A stretch of 20,000 nt of DNA from an uncultured virus (IMG/VR IMGVR_UViG_3300034072_002247) (IMGVR_UViG_3300034072_002247), one strand, 5' to 3'. Positions 1-9,253 are shown, numbered from the stretch's first letter. The notes: a model not told the origin generated them from the sequence alone. Made by a program: numbers and translations.

Positions 1-1470
1 AAAACAGCAGTTGATATCCTTAGATTAGCAGTTTCATTTTCTAATGGTGATATTTCATTAGCTGAAAAAACTAAATTTAAGCTATCAAACAAACAAAGAA
101 AACTAATTATGTCATTATTAAACAATGTTAATAATGCTGAAGTTGACATGTTAAGATATCGTGAAGAATTTTTAAGATTAGGTGAAGTTTTACATATAGG
201 TTCATTTAAAAACAAATATAAAAACACTTATAAATCATTTCAGTTAATTAGAAATAATTCTAAAGATATAGAGACATTTTCTAAAAAAGTAGAATCTTTA
301 ATAAAATCTTTAAAAGATTCTAAAAATAAAGATTTTATTGTACAACAACTTGTTAATATTTTATCTACAAGAGAAGGTGAATTTGCTCGTAAATTAGATT
401 TATTATTAAGAAATTCAAATAATAAATTTGATGTTGTTTCATCTTTTATTACTGTTATATCAAAAGTTAAGACTCCTATGTTATTAACTCTATTAAAGCA
501 TTTCCAGCATAGAAGTTTTAAAAAAGAATATCGTTCTTTCTTACCAAAAGGTAGCTTTGCTAAAATAAAATATTTAGAAGGAGATGATAGAGAAACTATT
601 GATATATTAGTTTGTAATGAAATAGTATCTAAAATAAGAGAAGAATTAATCACAAGATTTTCTAAGAAAGAATCTTTAGGTAATGTTTTATTATCAAAAG
701 AATTAATGGATATCATTATACCTAGCAGCCAAAGAAGTGCTACTAAGTCCTTATTGAATATACCTAGAGGTTCAAGAATTAAACTTGATAACAAACCATT
801 TATAAGACTTTATACTTATTGGAAACATCCTTCTGATGTCGATCTAACAGCTTGCTGCTATGATAAAGATCTTAAAAAAATAATGGATATATCTTATTAT
901 AACTTAAGTGGTTTTGGTAAGAGTATTCATTCTGGAGATATCAGAAATGGTCGCCTTGGTGCTACTGAATTTATTGATCTAGATATAGAAGAGTTTAAGA
1001 GAAGAAAAATTAAATATGTTGGAGTATTAGTTTATTCTTATAGTGGAGAGAAATTCTCTGATATGGAATGCTTTGCTGGATTTATGGAAAAAGACTCCCC
1101 TGATAGCAATCAATTTGATGCAACTCAGTTAGTTCATAAATTCAATATTAGTTCTCCTACAACTCAATGTATTCCTATGATGTTTGATATTGAAAACAAT
1201 GAGTTTATATGGATGGATATTAGTGTTAAATGTGGTAATATTTACGCTAATGGTGTAAATACTAATAAACATGTTGTAGAAAAAATGAAATCAGTTTTAG
1301 ATTTTAAAAATCAAAAGTCTTCAATGTTTGACCTTTTAGAATTACATTCTTTAGGTAGAGCAACTAGAGTTGATTATGAAAAAGTAAAAGATGTTGAATA
1401 CGATACTGTATTTGATATTGAAATACTAAAAGATATAGATGTTATAATGTCAAAATACTTAGAATCTTGA
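1..1470 (+). CDS. Ter-type stress-response protein: helical N-terminal region plus C-terminal TerD domain (5' end outside window)
   Basis: Frame is open from base 1 (KTAVDILRLAVSFSNGDISLAEKTKFKL), so ATG109 is internal. Motifs REGEFARKLD and P-SQRSA..PRGSRI are typical of large TerD-fused proteins. TerD motifs DVDLT, HSGDIRNG, ATEFIDLD and VYSYSGEKF are present. Confidence 0.8.
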   Translation, partial: KTAVDILRLAVSFSNGDISLAEKTKFKLSNKQRKLIMSLLNNVNNAEVDMLRYREEFLRLGEVLHIGSFKNKYKNTYKSFQLIRNNSKDIETFSKKVESLIKSLKDSKNKDFIVQQLVNILSTREGEFARKLDLLLRNSNNKFDVVSSFITVISKVKTPMLLTLLKHFQHRSFKKEYRSFLPKGSFAKIKYLEGDDRETIDILVCNEIVSKIREELITRFSKKESLGNVLLSKELMDIIIPSSQRSATKSLLNIPRGSRIKLDNKPFIRLYTYWKHPSDVDLTACCYDKDLKKIMDISYYNLSGFGKSIHSGDIRNGRLGATEFIDLDIEEFKRRKIKYVGVLVYSYSGEKFSDMECFAGFMEKDSPDSNQFDATQLVHKFNISSPTTQCIPMMFDIENNEFIWMDISVKCGNIYANGVNTNKHVVEKMKSVLDFKNQKSSMFDLLELHSLGRATRVDYEKVKDVEYDTVFDIEILKDIDVIMSKYLES

Positions 1471-1472
1471 TT

Positions 1473-2213
1473 CTAAGTATTTTTTAATTTATTTTTATTT
1501 TTAATATTATCTTTAAAAAAATCGCTCAATAATTCAGGAGATATTTTTAAATCTTCAAGCATATTTCTTCCTTTATGCTCTACTCTAAGTTCAGTTAACT
1601 CGTATATTTCATCTTCATCAGTTATACCTTCGTATTCTTCAAAATAATCTGGTAGTCCATATCCTGTTTGGCAAGAATAATTATCATAATCAAAAACTCC
1701 ATCATCAAAAAGATTTTCAACTTCTAATGGCGTTAATCCTCCAGAATTTTCAATAAACTCTAATGCATGCTGAATTTCATGAGTTAACGTTACTAGATAT
1801 CTATTTAAACAATCTTCTTTATTTAAAAAATACGCTTTATGATTAGTATAAAATTTATTAAAATCATTTATGCTTGCGTTTACTAGAACTATGAATTCAT
1901 CTGCTATATAACTTTCTCCAAGTACACCATCACCATTTGATATATTGAACAAGCCATAAGTCTTTTCAGCAATTTCTTCCTCAAAAAAATGTTTAAAAAT
2001 TTCATTACTATCTACTAATAATATTCTTATTTTAATTTCTTCTGGAAAATCTATTTCTTTATAATTTTCTTTATGTTTATTTTCTATAAATATATTTTTT
2101 TCGTTTAATCTATCTGTTATATGTTCAAATAAATTAACTAACTTAGATTCTTCTTTAAAATTATAATCCGTTAATTCAGATTTAAACTTTTCTATTTCAA
2201 ATTTTATTTTCAT
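1473..2213 (-). CDS. Putative zincin-like metalloprotease (HExxH)
   Basis: TLTHEIQHALE (HEIQH at 1767-1781) with later Glu candidates (ELRVE). ATG2213 lies just after the upstream gene's stop, with GGA upstream. Ends KNKNKLKNT. Confidence 0.65.
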   Translation of the reverse strand: MKIKFEIEKFKSELTDYNFKEESKLVNLFEHITDRLNEKNIFIENKHKENYKEIDFPEEIKIRILLVDSNEIFKHFFEEEIAEKTYGLFNISNGDGVLGESYIADEFIVLVNASINDFNKFYTNHKAYFLNKEDCLNRYLVTLTHEIQHALEFIENSGGLTPLEVENLFDDGVFDYDNYSCQTGYGLPDYFEEYEGITDEDEIYELTELRVEHKGRNMLEDLKISPELLSDFFKDNIKNKNKLKNT

Positions 2214-2215
2214 AG

Positions 2216-5200
2216 TTAATCCATATAAACTCTTAATGTTTGACCAGCTCTTGTACTTAAACCTGTAACACAATTATCATACTGATATGAATCACCATAT
2301 ATATCAAAAATACTTCCTGTTTGGTTACATCTTACACCATTAATATATATTTGTTTATTTGAATAAAGACCATCTGGAGTCCCTGTTGGGAATACTAAAT
2401 TAGTATTGTAAACTACTTCATATAAGCTTACTATTTCATATCCACTATAAATATAACTAGATAAAGCGCCTGCTAGTTGTGCAGACCAACTACTTCCACC
2501 CGGAGCATCTTTGATATATCCAAAAGCGTAAAGATTATAATAGCTAGTATAGTATTGTCCTATATATAAATTTCTTAAGTTTCCTACACCTACTATCATA
2601 TTTTGAGCAGCAGATGTTCTTGTAACTCCATTTAAAGTTTTAGTTGCACTAAAAGAATATGTATATTCACCTATTAATGATGGTGCATTATTTGGAACAT
2701 TCTCTACTAGTGTTGCGCCACTTGATAATGTAGCTGATGGATTTAAAACAGCCGATTTAGAAACATTTATAAATGAACTTGTAGAATTTATAGTTGGATT
2801 TGATATAGTAGGATCAGATTCAACTATTACATTTCTTGTTGTTGTTGAAGTTACACCAACAGAGTTTGTTGCAGTTATTGTATAAGTGTAAGTTCCTGCT
2901 GCTGTCGGTGTAATATTAACGGATGTCGCAGTTCCTAAATCAACGTCAGTAGTTGAAATTCCTGAAGCAGCAGAGTTGGATCTTATTTTATAATTAACTG
3001 CATCTGAAGCACTATAACTCATTGTAAATGCAGCATTAGCGAATACGTTACTTGGCGCTGTTGTTGCTCCAAATACTGGTGCTGCTATAACATTTACAAC
3101 AACACTTCTTAATGTGCTAAATCTTGAAACAGAGTTTAAAGATTTAGTAGCAGCAGCATAATAAGTGTAAGTACCAGCAGTTGCTGGTGCTGCACTTGGT
3201 AATGTTGCATTTGTAGTGTTTCCACTGTCTCTGCCTTGTAATGTTGCACCAGTGCTAAAACCTGAACCAGCAAATGTTAATGCAGCACTTGGTGAAACAT
3301 TAATATTAGTTCCAGCATTTACTGTAAATCCAGTAAATGTTGGATTTGCTTCTACTGTTACGTTTCTTGTTGTAGTTGTAGTTACTCCAACGTTGTTAGT
3401 TGCAGTTATAGTATAGGTATAAGTTCCTGCGGCTGTTGGTGTTATATTAGTTGAAGTAGCAGTTCCTAAATCAACATCTGTTGTAGCTACACCAGAAGCT
3501 GCTATATTTCCACGAATCTTATAATTAATAGCATCACTAGCACTATAAGATAAAGTAAATGCCGCATTAGCAAATACATTGCTTGGTGCTGTAATAGTAC
3601 CAAATACTGGAGCATCGATTACATTTACAACAACGTTTCTTAATGCACTATATCTTGAAACGGAGTTTAAAGATTTAGTTGCAGCAGCATAATAAGTGTA
3701 AGTACCAGCAGTTGCTGGTGCTGCACTTGGTAATGTAGCATTTGTTGTATTTCCACTGTCTCTACCTTGCAATGTTGAACCAGAACTGAAACCAGTACCG
3801 GCAAATGTTAATGCTGCGCTTGGTGAAACATTAATATTAGTTCCAGCATTTACTGTAAAACCAGTAAATGTTGGATTTGCTTCGACTGTTACGTTTCTTG
3901 TTGTAGTTGTAGTAACTCCAGCAGAATTAGTTGCTGTTATTGTGTAAGTGTAAGTACCTGCTGCTGTTGGAGTGATGTTAGTTGAAGTAGCAGTTCCTAA
4001 ATCAACATCAGTAGTAGCTACACCAGAAGCTGCTAAGTTACCACGAATTTTATAATTTACTGCATTACTTGCACTATAGCTCATTGTAAATGCAGAATTA
4101 GCAAATACATTGCTTGGTGCTGTAATTGTTCCAAATACTGGAGAAGCAATCACATTTACTACAACGTTTCTTAAGGCGCTATATCTTGATATAGAGTTTA
4201 AAGATTTAGTTGCAGCAGCGTAGTAAGTATAAGTACCAGCAGTTGATGGTGCTGTCGCTGGTAGTGTAGCATTTGTAGTATTACCACTGTCTCTACCTTG
4301 TAATGTAGCACCAGAACTGAAACCACTTCCAGCAAATGTTAATGCTGCGCTTGGTGAAACATTAATATTAGTTCCACTATTTACTGTAAATCCAGTAAAT
4401 GTTGGATTTGCTTCTACAATCACTGTTTTAGTTGAATCAACTTTAGCATTTGCAGTGTTATATCCACTTAAAGTGTAAATGTAAGTTCCAGAATTTGTTG
4501 GAGTTGTGTTAGTGTTTAAAGAACTTCCTAAATCAACGGCTGTAGTTGGTATTCCAGAATCTGCATTATTAGATTTTATTTCATACTTTGAAACACCAGT
4601 ACCAATCCAAGATAATGTTAATGGAGAATTCGCAAAAACAATATTAGGGCCTGTAAATGAATCAATAACTGGTAATCCTACAACATTAACAGATAATGAC
4701 TGACTTACAGAATCACCGGCACCATTAAATGCTTCTAAAGTATATTGTGTAGTACCAGTAGTTGAAGATGCAACTAAATTTGTTGTTGTTTCGTTTATAA
4801 TATTTCCATTTAACTTGTAAGATACTGCATCTGAAACATCCCAAACGAAATTTAATGGGTCGTTTGGTGAAGCATCAATAGTAGTAGAACTTCCATTAAT
4901 AGTGTATGAGTTAATAACAGCCTGATTATATACATTTATATTAATTGGACTAGAAGAAACAATTGTTCCATTTAAACTTGTTGATTCCAAAGTGAAATCA
5001 AAACTTCCTGAATTATTAAACGTAATGTTTTGAGAGCCAGTAGGAATACCAGAAACAGAACCATATGGATTTAAATTTAATCCTTCAGAATCAGTCACAT
5101 CCCAGCTAAAAGAAATTGAATCACCTTTGGTTATATTTAATTCAGATGCATTAAATGAATTTATAACAGAGTTATTTACAACATCAATAGTTAAATATTC

Positions 5201-5764
5201 AGTTGCATCTGCAATTCCTTCATAACCTTTTGCATTCAATCTAAATGTTGTATCAATTGTAGGATATACATCTAAATTTCCTGATAATGGTAATCCTGTA
5301 CCGACTCCATTATCTATGTCAACATATTCAGCATTTTCAACATTCCAAGATAAATTAACTGGCTGACCTATGCCAATTCTTAATTTATCCGCATTAAAGG
5401 TAATATTTTGGTTTGGTTGTATAACAGTTAAAAATAAATTTTCAATTTTCTTTTGAGAACCTTTTGTTACTTCTATTTCATAGTTTCTTGATGCTAAAGG
5501 AGATAATGTAATAGAGCCAACTTTTCCATATTTACCTAGACCTTTTATATCAACTTCATTGGCATAATCATAATTCCAAGATAAAGTGGAAGAACCACCA
5601 CGATTTATAGAGTTAGGTGATAGAGAAATATTCCCATTGATGGGAGTTTCTTCCATTATAATTCCTTTTGGATCTAATGGAATAATTATTTGATAATCAG
5701 CATAAGCAAAGTTAGCAAAAAAAATTGCTATATATAACTTTTTTATTTTTATATTAACTTTCAT
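2216..5764 (-). CDS. Large secreted/surface adhesin-like protein with tandem Ig/PKD-like beta-sandwich repeats and a distinct C-terminal tip domain
   Basis: Signal peptide (KIKIKKLYIAIFFANFAYA-D) and AAAGGA SD. Ig-like motifs (LSWN, GTYTYTITATN) and Thr/Ala/Ser/Gly-rich composition with internal 177-aa repeats. Confidence 0.85.
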   Translation of the reverse strand: MKVNIKIKKLYIAIFFANFAYADYQIIIPLDPKGIIMEETPINGNISLSPNSINRGGSSTLSWNYDYANEVDIKGLGKYGKVGSITLSPLASRNYEIEVTKGSQKKIENLFLTVIQPNQNITFNADKLRIGIGQPVNLSWNVENAEYVDIDNGVGTGLPLSGNLDVYPTIDTTFRLNAKGYEGIADATEYLTIDVVNNSVINSFNASELNITKGDSISFSWDVTDSEGLNLNPYGSVSGIPTGSQNITFNNSGSFDFTLESTSLNGTIVSSSPININVYNQAVINSYTINGSSTTIDASPNDPLNFVWDVSDAVSYKLNGNIINETTTNLVASSTTGTTQYTLEAFNGAGDSVSQSLSVNVVGLPVIDSFTGPNIVFANSPLTLSWIGTGVSKYEIKSNNADSGIPTTAVDLGSSLNTNTTPTNSGTYIYTLSGYNTANAKVDSTKTVIVEANPTFTGFTVNSGTNINVSPSAALTFAGSGFSSGATLQGRDSGNTTNATLPATAPSTAGTYTYYAAATKSLNSISRYSALRNVVVNVIASPVFGTITAPSNVFANSAFTMSYSASNAVNYKIRGNLAASGVATTDVDLGTATSTNITPTAAGTYTYTITATNSAGVTTTTTRNVTVEANPTFTGFTVNAGTNINVSPSAALTFAGTGFSSGSTLQGRDSGNTTNATLPSAAPATAGTYTYYAAATKSLNSVSRYSALRNVVVNVIDAPVFGTITAPSNVFANAAFTLSYSASDAINYKIRGNIAASGVATTDVDLGTATSTNITPTAAGTYTYTITATNNVGVTTTTTRNVTVEANPTFTGFTVNAGTNINVSPSAALTFAGSGFSTGATLQGRDSGNTTNATLPSAAPATAGTYTYYAAATKSLNSVSRFSTLRSVVVNVIAAPVFGATTAPSNVFANAAFTMSYSASDAVNYKIRSNSAASGISTTDVDLGTATSVNITPTAAGTYTYTITATNSVGVTSTTTRNVIVESDPTISNPTINSTSSFINVSKSAVLNPSATLSSGATLVENVPNNAPSLIGEYTYSFSATKTLNGVTRTSAAQNMIVGVGNLRNLYIGQYYTSYYNLYAFGYIKDAPGGSSWSAQLAGALSSYIYSGYEIVSLYEVVYNTNLVFPTGTPDGLYSNKQIYINGVRCNQTGSIFDIYGDSYQYDNCVTGLSTRAGQTLRVYMD
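2825..4417 (-). repeat. Three tandem 531-bp (177-aa) intragenic repeats with diverged flanking half-units
   Basis: ttactgtaaa(t/a)ccagtaaatgttggatttgcttc begins at 3319, 3850 and 4381, a period of 531. Confidence 0.95.
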
Positions 5765-5882
5765 AAAAAATCCTTTTTCTTGTATTATAGTGTTTTTATT
5801 AAAATTTTCAATACTATATACTATTTTATATTTTTCATGATATAATAATATTATATAAACAAATTCAAATAAGAGGATAATA

Positions 5883-7070
5883 ATGAATCATTTAAGTTTA
5901 AATTATAATGAAGTTCAAAAATTATTAATAGATAATGAAAATCAAAATATCTATTATGATAAAATAAAAGTTCAAGTTCAATATTCTGTTCTAGATAATA
6001 AAGGAAATGATTTTAAACAAATAGCAGAAGAAAATGGCTATGGTATAAAAATAAATGGAGTTGAACATATTATATTTTCAAATTCGTATGATGACTCTTC
6101 CACACCATATATTTTAGTAGAAAAAAATTCAGAAAATATAAAATCTGTTAAAGTAATAGAGCAAGGTTTATTTTCATATGAAAGAGAGTTATCTATAGTA
6201 AATAAATATATAACAAAAAAAATGGGTATTAATGGTAAGCCTTTTGGTAATAATGATGAATTAAATAATAAGTTATCAGAGCACTTAGAAACTCATAAAA
6301 ATAGATATTTAAAATCATTTAAAGAAGGTTTAATAGAAAATTTAAATTCTGTTATTGCTAGTGATAAAAACATTAAGTTTATAAATTTAAAAGATGATCA
6401 TATTCATGAAATGAATGATTTATTTATACAACATACTGATGAAATATTTTCTTTGTATAGTCAAGAATATAAATTTATAATGGAACAAGAAAGAAAAGAC
6501 TATTTAAGAAAACAAGAGTTAGAAAGAGAACTAAAGAAAAAATTAATGGAAGAAAAAGAAAAAGAAGCTGTTAAAGAACAAAATGAATTTTCTTTGTCTA
6601 AATTTGGTTATTACACAGAGATTGAAACAGATTTAAAAAATAAATCAGTTGAATTAAATATATTCAATAAAGATAACTTAAAAACTTTTAATTATAAATT
6701 TCCTTTAACATTAAAAGAAGTAGAGTATTTTGATCAATCTACTGGATTAGATGAAGTTTTTTCATTTTATATTGTAGATAAAAAATTTGAAAACAATATA
6801 AATAAATCAGATTATAAGAAATTTTATCATGCTATATTTGAATTGAAAGATAGTATATTAGTAGAAAAAAATCAATTAGAAGGATTAGATATTGTAGCTA
6901 ATAGAGATCTTTCTGATTTTGAAGGCACTGATAATGTTCTTTCTGTTGAAAAGAAAAATTCTTTATCTAAAACTATATACGAAAATCACTCTACAACTGA
7001 TAATAGACTAGTATATATAAATGAAGAAATGAAAGAAAAATTTAACAACAATAAATTAAAGATTAAATAA
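5883..7070 (+). CDS. Hypothetical protein with central charged coiled-coil
   Basis: 395-aa ORF with GAGGA SD and extended -10 TGATATAAT upstream. EQERKDYLRKQELERELKKKLMEEKEKE segment. Ends NNNKLKIK. Confidence 0.8.
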   Translation: MNHLSLNYNEVQKLLIDNENQNIYYDKIKVQVQYSVLDNKGNDFKQIAEENGYGIKINGVEHIIFSNSYDDSSTPYILVEKNSENIKSVKVIEQGLFSYERELSIVNKYITKKMGINGKPFGNNDELNNKLSEHLETHKNRYLKSFKEGLIENLNSVIASDKNIKFINLKDDHIHEMNDLFIQHTDEIFSLYSQEYKFIMEQERKDYLRKQELERELKKKLMEEKEKEAVKEQNEFSLSKFGYYTEIETDLKNKSVELNIFNKDNLKTFNYKFPLTLKEVEYFDQSTGLDEVFSFYIVDKKFENNINKSDYKKFYHAIFELKDSILVEKNQLEGLDIVANRDLSDFEGTDNVLSVEKKNSLSKTIYENHSTTDNRLVYINEEMKEKFNNNKLKIK

Positions 7071-7081
7071 ATTTAATGATT

Positions 7082-7110
7082 AAAAAAATCCTCCATTTGG
7101 AGGTTTTTTT
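7082..7110. terminator. Bidirectional rho-independent terminator
   Basis: A7-t-CCTCC-attt-GGAGG-T7 between convergent genes. Confidence 0.8.
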
Positions 7111-7393
7111 ATTTAGCTAAACTTTTTATCTGATTGACTTCAGATATATATGCAACTATAGAGTTGCGACTTTTATTAATTAATATTTGGAATCTATCTA
7201 ATTCAATTTTTTGTTCTTCAAGTTTTTTAATTCCTTCAATAACAGAAAAATGATCTTTTCCTATATTAATTGCTTTATCTAAATAACTGAATAAACCTTT
7301 ATTATCTTCGTTTATTCTGCAACTTTTAAGAAAGTCGATTGATTGCTTCAATTGCAAACTCAATATATCAAAATCACTAACTAATTTACTCAT
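7109..7393 (-). CDS. Small helical hypothetical protein
   Basis: AGGTG SD 6 nt before ATG7393, preferred over the GTG at 7402. TTGAAT-16-TATACT upstream. Confidence 0.7.
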   Translation of the reverse strand: MSKLVSDFDILSLQLKQSIDFLKSCRINEDNKGLFSYLDKAINIGKDHFSVIEGIKKLEEQKIELDRFQILINKSRNSIVAYISEVNQIKSLAK

Positions 7394-7490
7394 ACATATC
7401 ACCTAATATAATATTCACTAACAATTTTAGTATACCTCATTTTTAAACAAATTCAACCTTTTGACAAAAAAATTAAAACTTTTAAAAATA

Positions 7491-7519
7491 AAAAAAGCCT
7501 TATTTATCAAGGCTTTTTT
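7491..7519. terminator. Rho-independent terminator
   Basis: AAAAAAGCCTT-atttatc-AAGGCTTTTTT just downstream of the 7539..7778 (-) gene. Confidence 0.85.
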
Positions 7520-7538
7520 AAATGCTGTTAAAAATAAA

Positions 7539-7778
7539 TTAAACTATTTTTATACCTTTTGTTGTATTAAAACTAGCCTTAATATCAGTGTTATCAACTA
7601 TGTTTAATTTTTCAAAAATATTTTTTGGAAATATTTCTTCTAATGAAAAATTTTCTGTCTCTCCTAAAGATTTTAACTCTTTCAATAAATCTGGCATGAA
7701 TAAATTTTCTTGTGTCTCTATAATATTTTTAAGAATTTTTGCGCCAGTTTCGGTGATGATTTGTCCTATCTTTTCCAT
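7539..7778 (-). CDS. Small hypothetical protein
   Basis: 79 aa with AAGGA SD and a downstream terminator. Ends TTKGIKIV. Confidence 0.75.
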   Translation of the reverse strand: MEKIGQIITETGAKILKNIIETQENLFMPDLLKELKSLGETENFSLEEIFPKNIFEKLNIVDNTDIKASFNTTKGIKIV

Positions 7779-7877
7779 TTTAAATTCCTTTTATTATTGT
7801 GCTATTTTTTTCATTCTATCATTAAAAATAATAAAAAAAAGATATTATTTTAAAAAAAAGTTAAATATATCAACAAT

Positions 7878-8123
7878 TTATTTATTTTTATGATTTTGAA
7901 TAATTATTTCTCTTAAATTTTTTATATTATTTATTATTAAATTTTCAATATTCTTGTCGTATTTATTATTTTTAAGAATGTTAAAATCATTTTTTATTTT
8001 TTCTATATGGTAGGCATATTTAATTAATCTTTTATGATTTATAGAATCTTTATTTGTTTTATTTATATTATTTTTTATAAAAGTTTCTATTTTATTTATT
8101 TCAGTGTTTATAACTTCTATCAT
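7878..8123 (-). CDS. Small basic Asn/Lys/Ile-rich hypothetical protein
   Basis: 81 aa with AAGGA SD, following the 8150..8638 gene. Confidence 0.55.
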   Translation of the reverse strand: MIEVINTEINKIETFIKNNINKTNKDSINHKRLIKYAYHIEKIKNDFNILKNNKYDKNIENLIINNIKNLREIIIQNHKNK

Positions 8124-8149
8124 TATTTTTTTATTCCTTTTTGATAATT

Positions 8150-8638
8150 TTAACTCATTTTTATAGGATAAACAAATACAATATAATTTTTGCCATCAAT
8201 AGAATTTCTATAACAACTTATATTAGCAGTTGTATTTTCCGAATATTCTAAAACTGTTTCAGTCTTTGTAATATTTCCTATATTTAAAGACTTATTATTT
8301 ATTCTATTTTTTTCATAATCTAAACATTCACCATCACTTAAATTTGAATTAAAAAACACTCTTTCTGCTTTATTATTTTTTGTAAAATCATACTCTACAT
8401 TATTCAAACTCGGAATTGCTCCATTAAAATTTTTAATATTATTTATAGAATTAAAATCTTCATTTTGACTATCTGCTGAGTCAAGTATAATTCCAAAATC
8501 AACATAATTTTGATTTATTTGAACTATTATTGATTTTCTGTTTAGCTCATAAAATGGCGTGTCTAAATAAGATACAGTTGATAATAACATAGCAACTGTC
8601 AATGACAGTGCTATTATAGAAGTTAATAAAGCGTACAT
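8150..8638 (-). CDS. Pilin-like or membrane-anchored exported protein
   Basis: Uncharged hydrophobic N-terminal helix MYALLTSIIALSLTVAMLLSTVSY, then a ~135-aa globular part with two C-terminal Cys (possible disulfide, as in pilin D-regions). No basic prepilin leader and no Glu5. Confidence 0.5.
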   Translation of the reverse strand: MYALLTSIIALSLTVAMLLSTVSYLDTPFYELNRKSIIVQINQNYVDFGIILDSADSQNEDFNSINNIKNFNGAIPSLNNVEYDFTKNNKAERVFFNSNLSDGECLDYEKNRINNKSLNIGNITKTETVLEYSENTTANISCYRNSIDGKNYIVFVYPIKMS

Positions 8639-8661
8639 ATTTTTATTTTATTGTTTTTATT

Positions 8662-8690
8662 ATTCTATTTCTTATATATTATTTTGTCAA
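8662..8690 (-). promoter_or_regulatory. Sigma70-type promoter for 8150..8638
   Basis: TTGACA-17-TAGAAT on the minus strand. Confidence 0.7.
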
Positions 8691-8693
8691 AGT

Positions 8694-9122
8694 TTAATCT
8701 TCTGTAGAACTTAAAATATCACAAAGATCTATTAGTTCTTCAAAAAACTCTTCTAGTGAAAATCTTACATCTATATTTCTATAAATTACTTCAATTATTG
8801 AAACTAAAAATGGATCATATTGATAATAAGAATTTAATTCATCAATTCTCTTTACTCTAAATATATGCTCTACTTCATCTTCAGCAACTTCTTCAAAAGG
8901 CTTTAATAACTCAAGAATATCTCCTAAAGTTTCTGGCACATCTGGATTGTCATTTAAAATTGTTTCAATAAAATAAGCATTATCTTCCCAATTTTCAGAT
9001 GTATCTTCTCCTTTTTCTAAAAGTAAATTATGATAATCAAAGAAACCATTCTTTATAATTTCTGAGTCACTGTTGCTTATAGAATCAAACTCAAAATTAT
9101 TAATTTCTTTCTTAATAGACAT
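8694..9122 (-). CDS. Highly acidic small protein
   Basis: 142 aa with about 37 D/E versus about 10 K/R by hand count. GGAGG SD. Confidence 0.8.
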   Translation of the reverse strand: MSIKKEINNFEFDSISNSDSEIIKNGFFDYHNLLLEKGEDTSENWEDNAYFIETILNDNPDVPETLGDILELLKPFEEVAEDEVEHIFRVKRIDELNSYYQYDPFLVSIIEVIYRNIDVRFSLEEFFEELIDLCDILSSTED

Positions 9123-9145
9123 ACTTCCTCCATATATTTAAGACT

Positions 9146-9175
9146 ATTATATTATTTATTTTTTTTATTTGTCAA
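9146..9175 (-). promoter_or_regulatory. Sigma70-type promoter for 8694..9122
   Basis: TTGACA-18-TATAAT on the minus strand. Confidence 0.7.
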
Positions 9176-9224
9176 TATTTTTGAATAATTTTGCTTATAC
9201 TTGTTTTTTAAAAACTAAATATAA

Positions 9225-9253
9225 TTGTTTTTTTGTTTAAAATTTGATATAAT
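9225..9253 (+). promoter_or_regulatory. Sigma70-type extended -10 promoter for the 9279 operon
   Basis: TTGTTT-17-TATAAT with TG at 9245-46. GGAG SD downstream. Confidence 0.6.

Noticed and set aside
240..794. 184-aa minus-strand ORF
   Set aside because: Antisense shadow of the conserved Ter-family gene.
2216..2584. Adhesin tip as a diversity-generating retroelement or shufflon target
   Set aside because: No template repeat, reverse transcriptase, invertase or alternative tip cassettes in the window.
3216..4703. Short + strand ORFs 3216..3416 and 4506..4703
   Set aside because: Antisense to the adhesin, with no SD or independent signal.
2216..5764. Higher GC of the adhesin as evidence of recent horizontal transfer
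   Set aside because: Largely explained by Ala/Gly/Thr/Pro content; third positions remain A/T-rich.
7461..7490. + strand TTGACA as a promoter
   Set aside because: Poor -10 match, and it points straight into a terminator with no gene downstream.
7588..7893. 101-aa + strand ORF
   Set aside because: Overlaps the better-supported minus gene 7539..7778 (SD and terminator) and has low-complexity composition.
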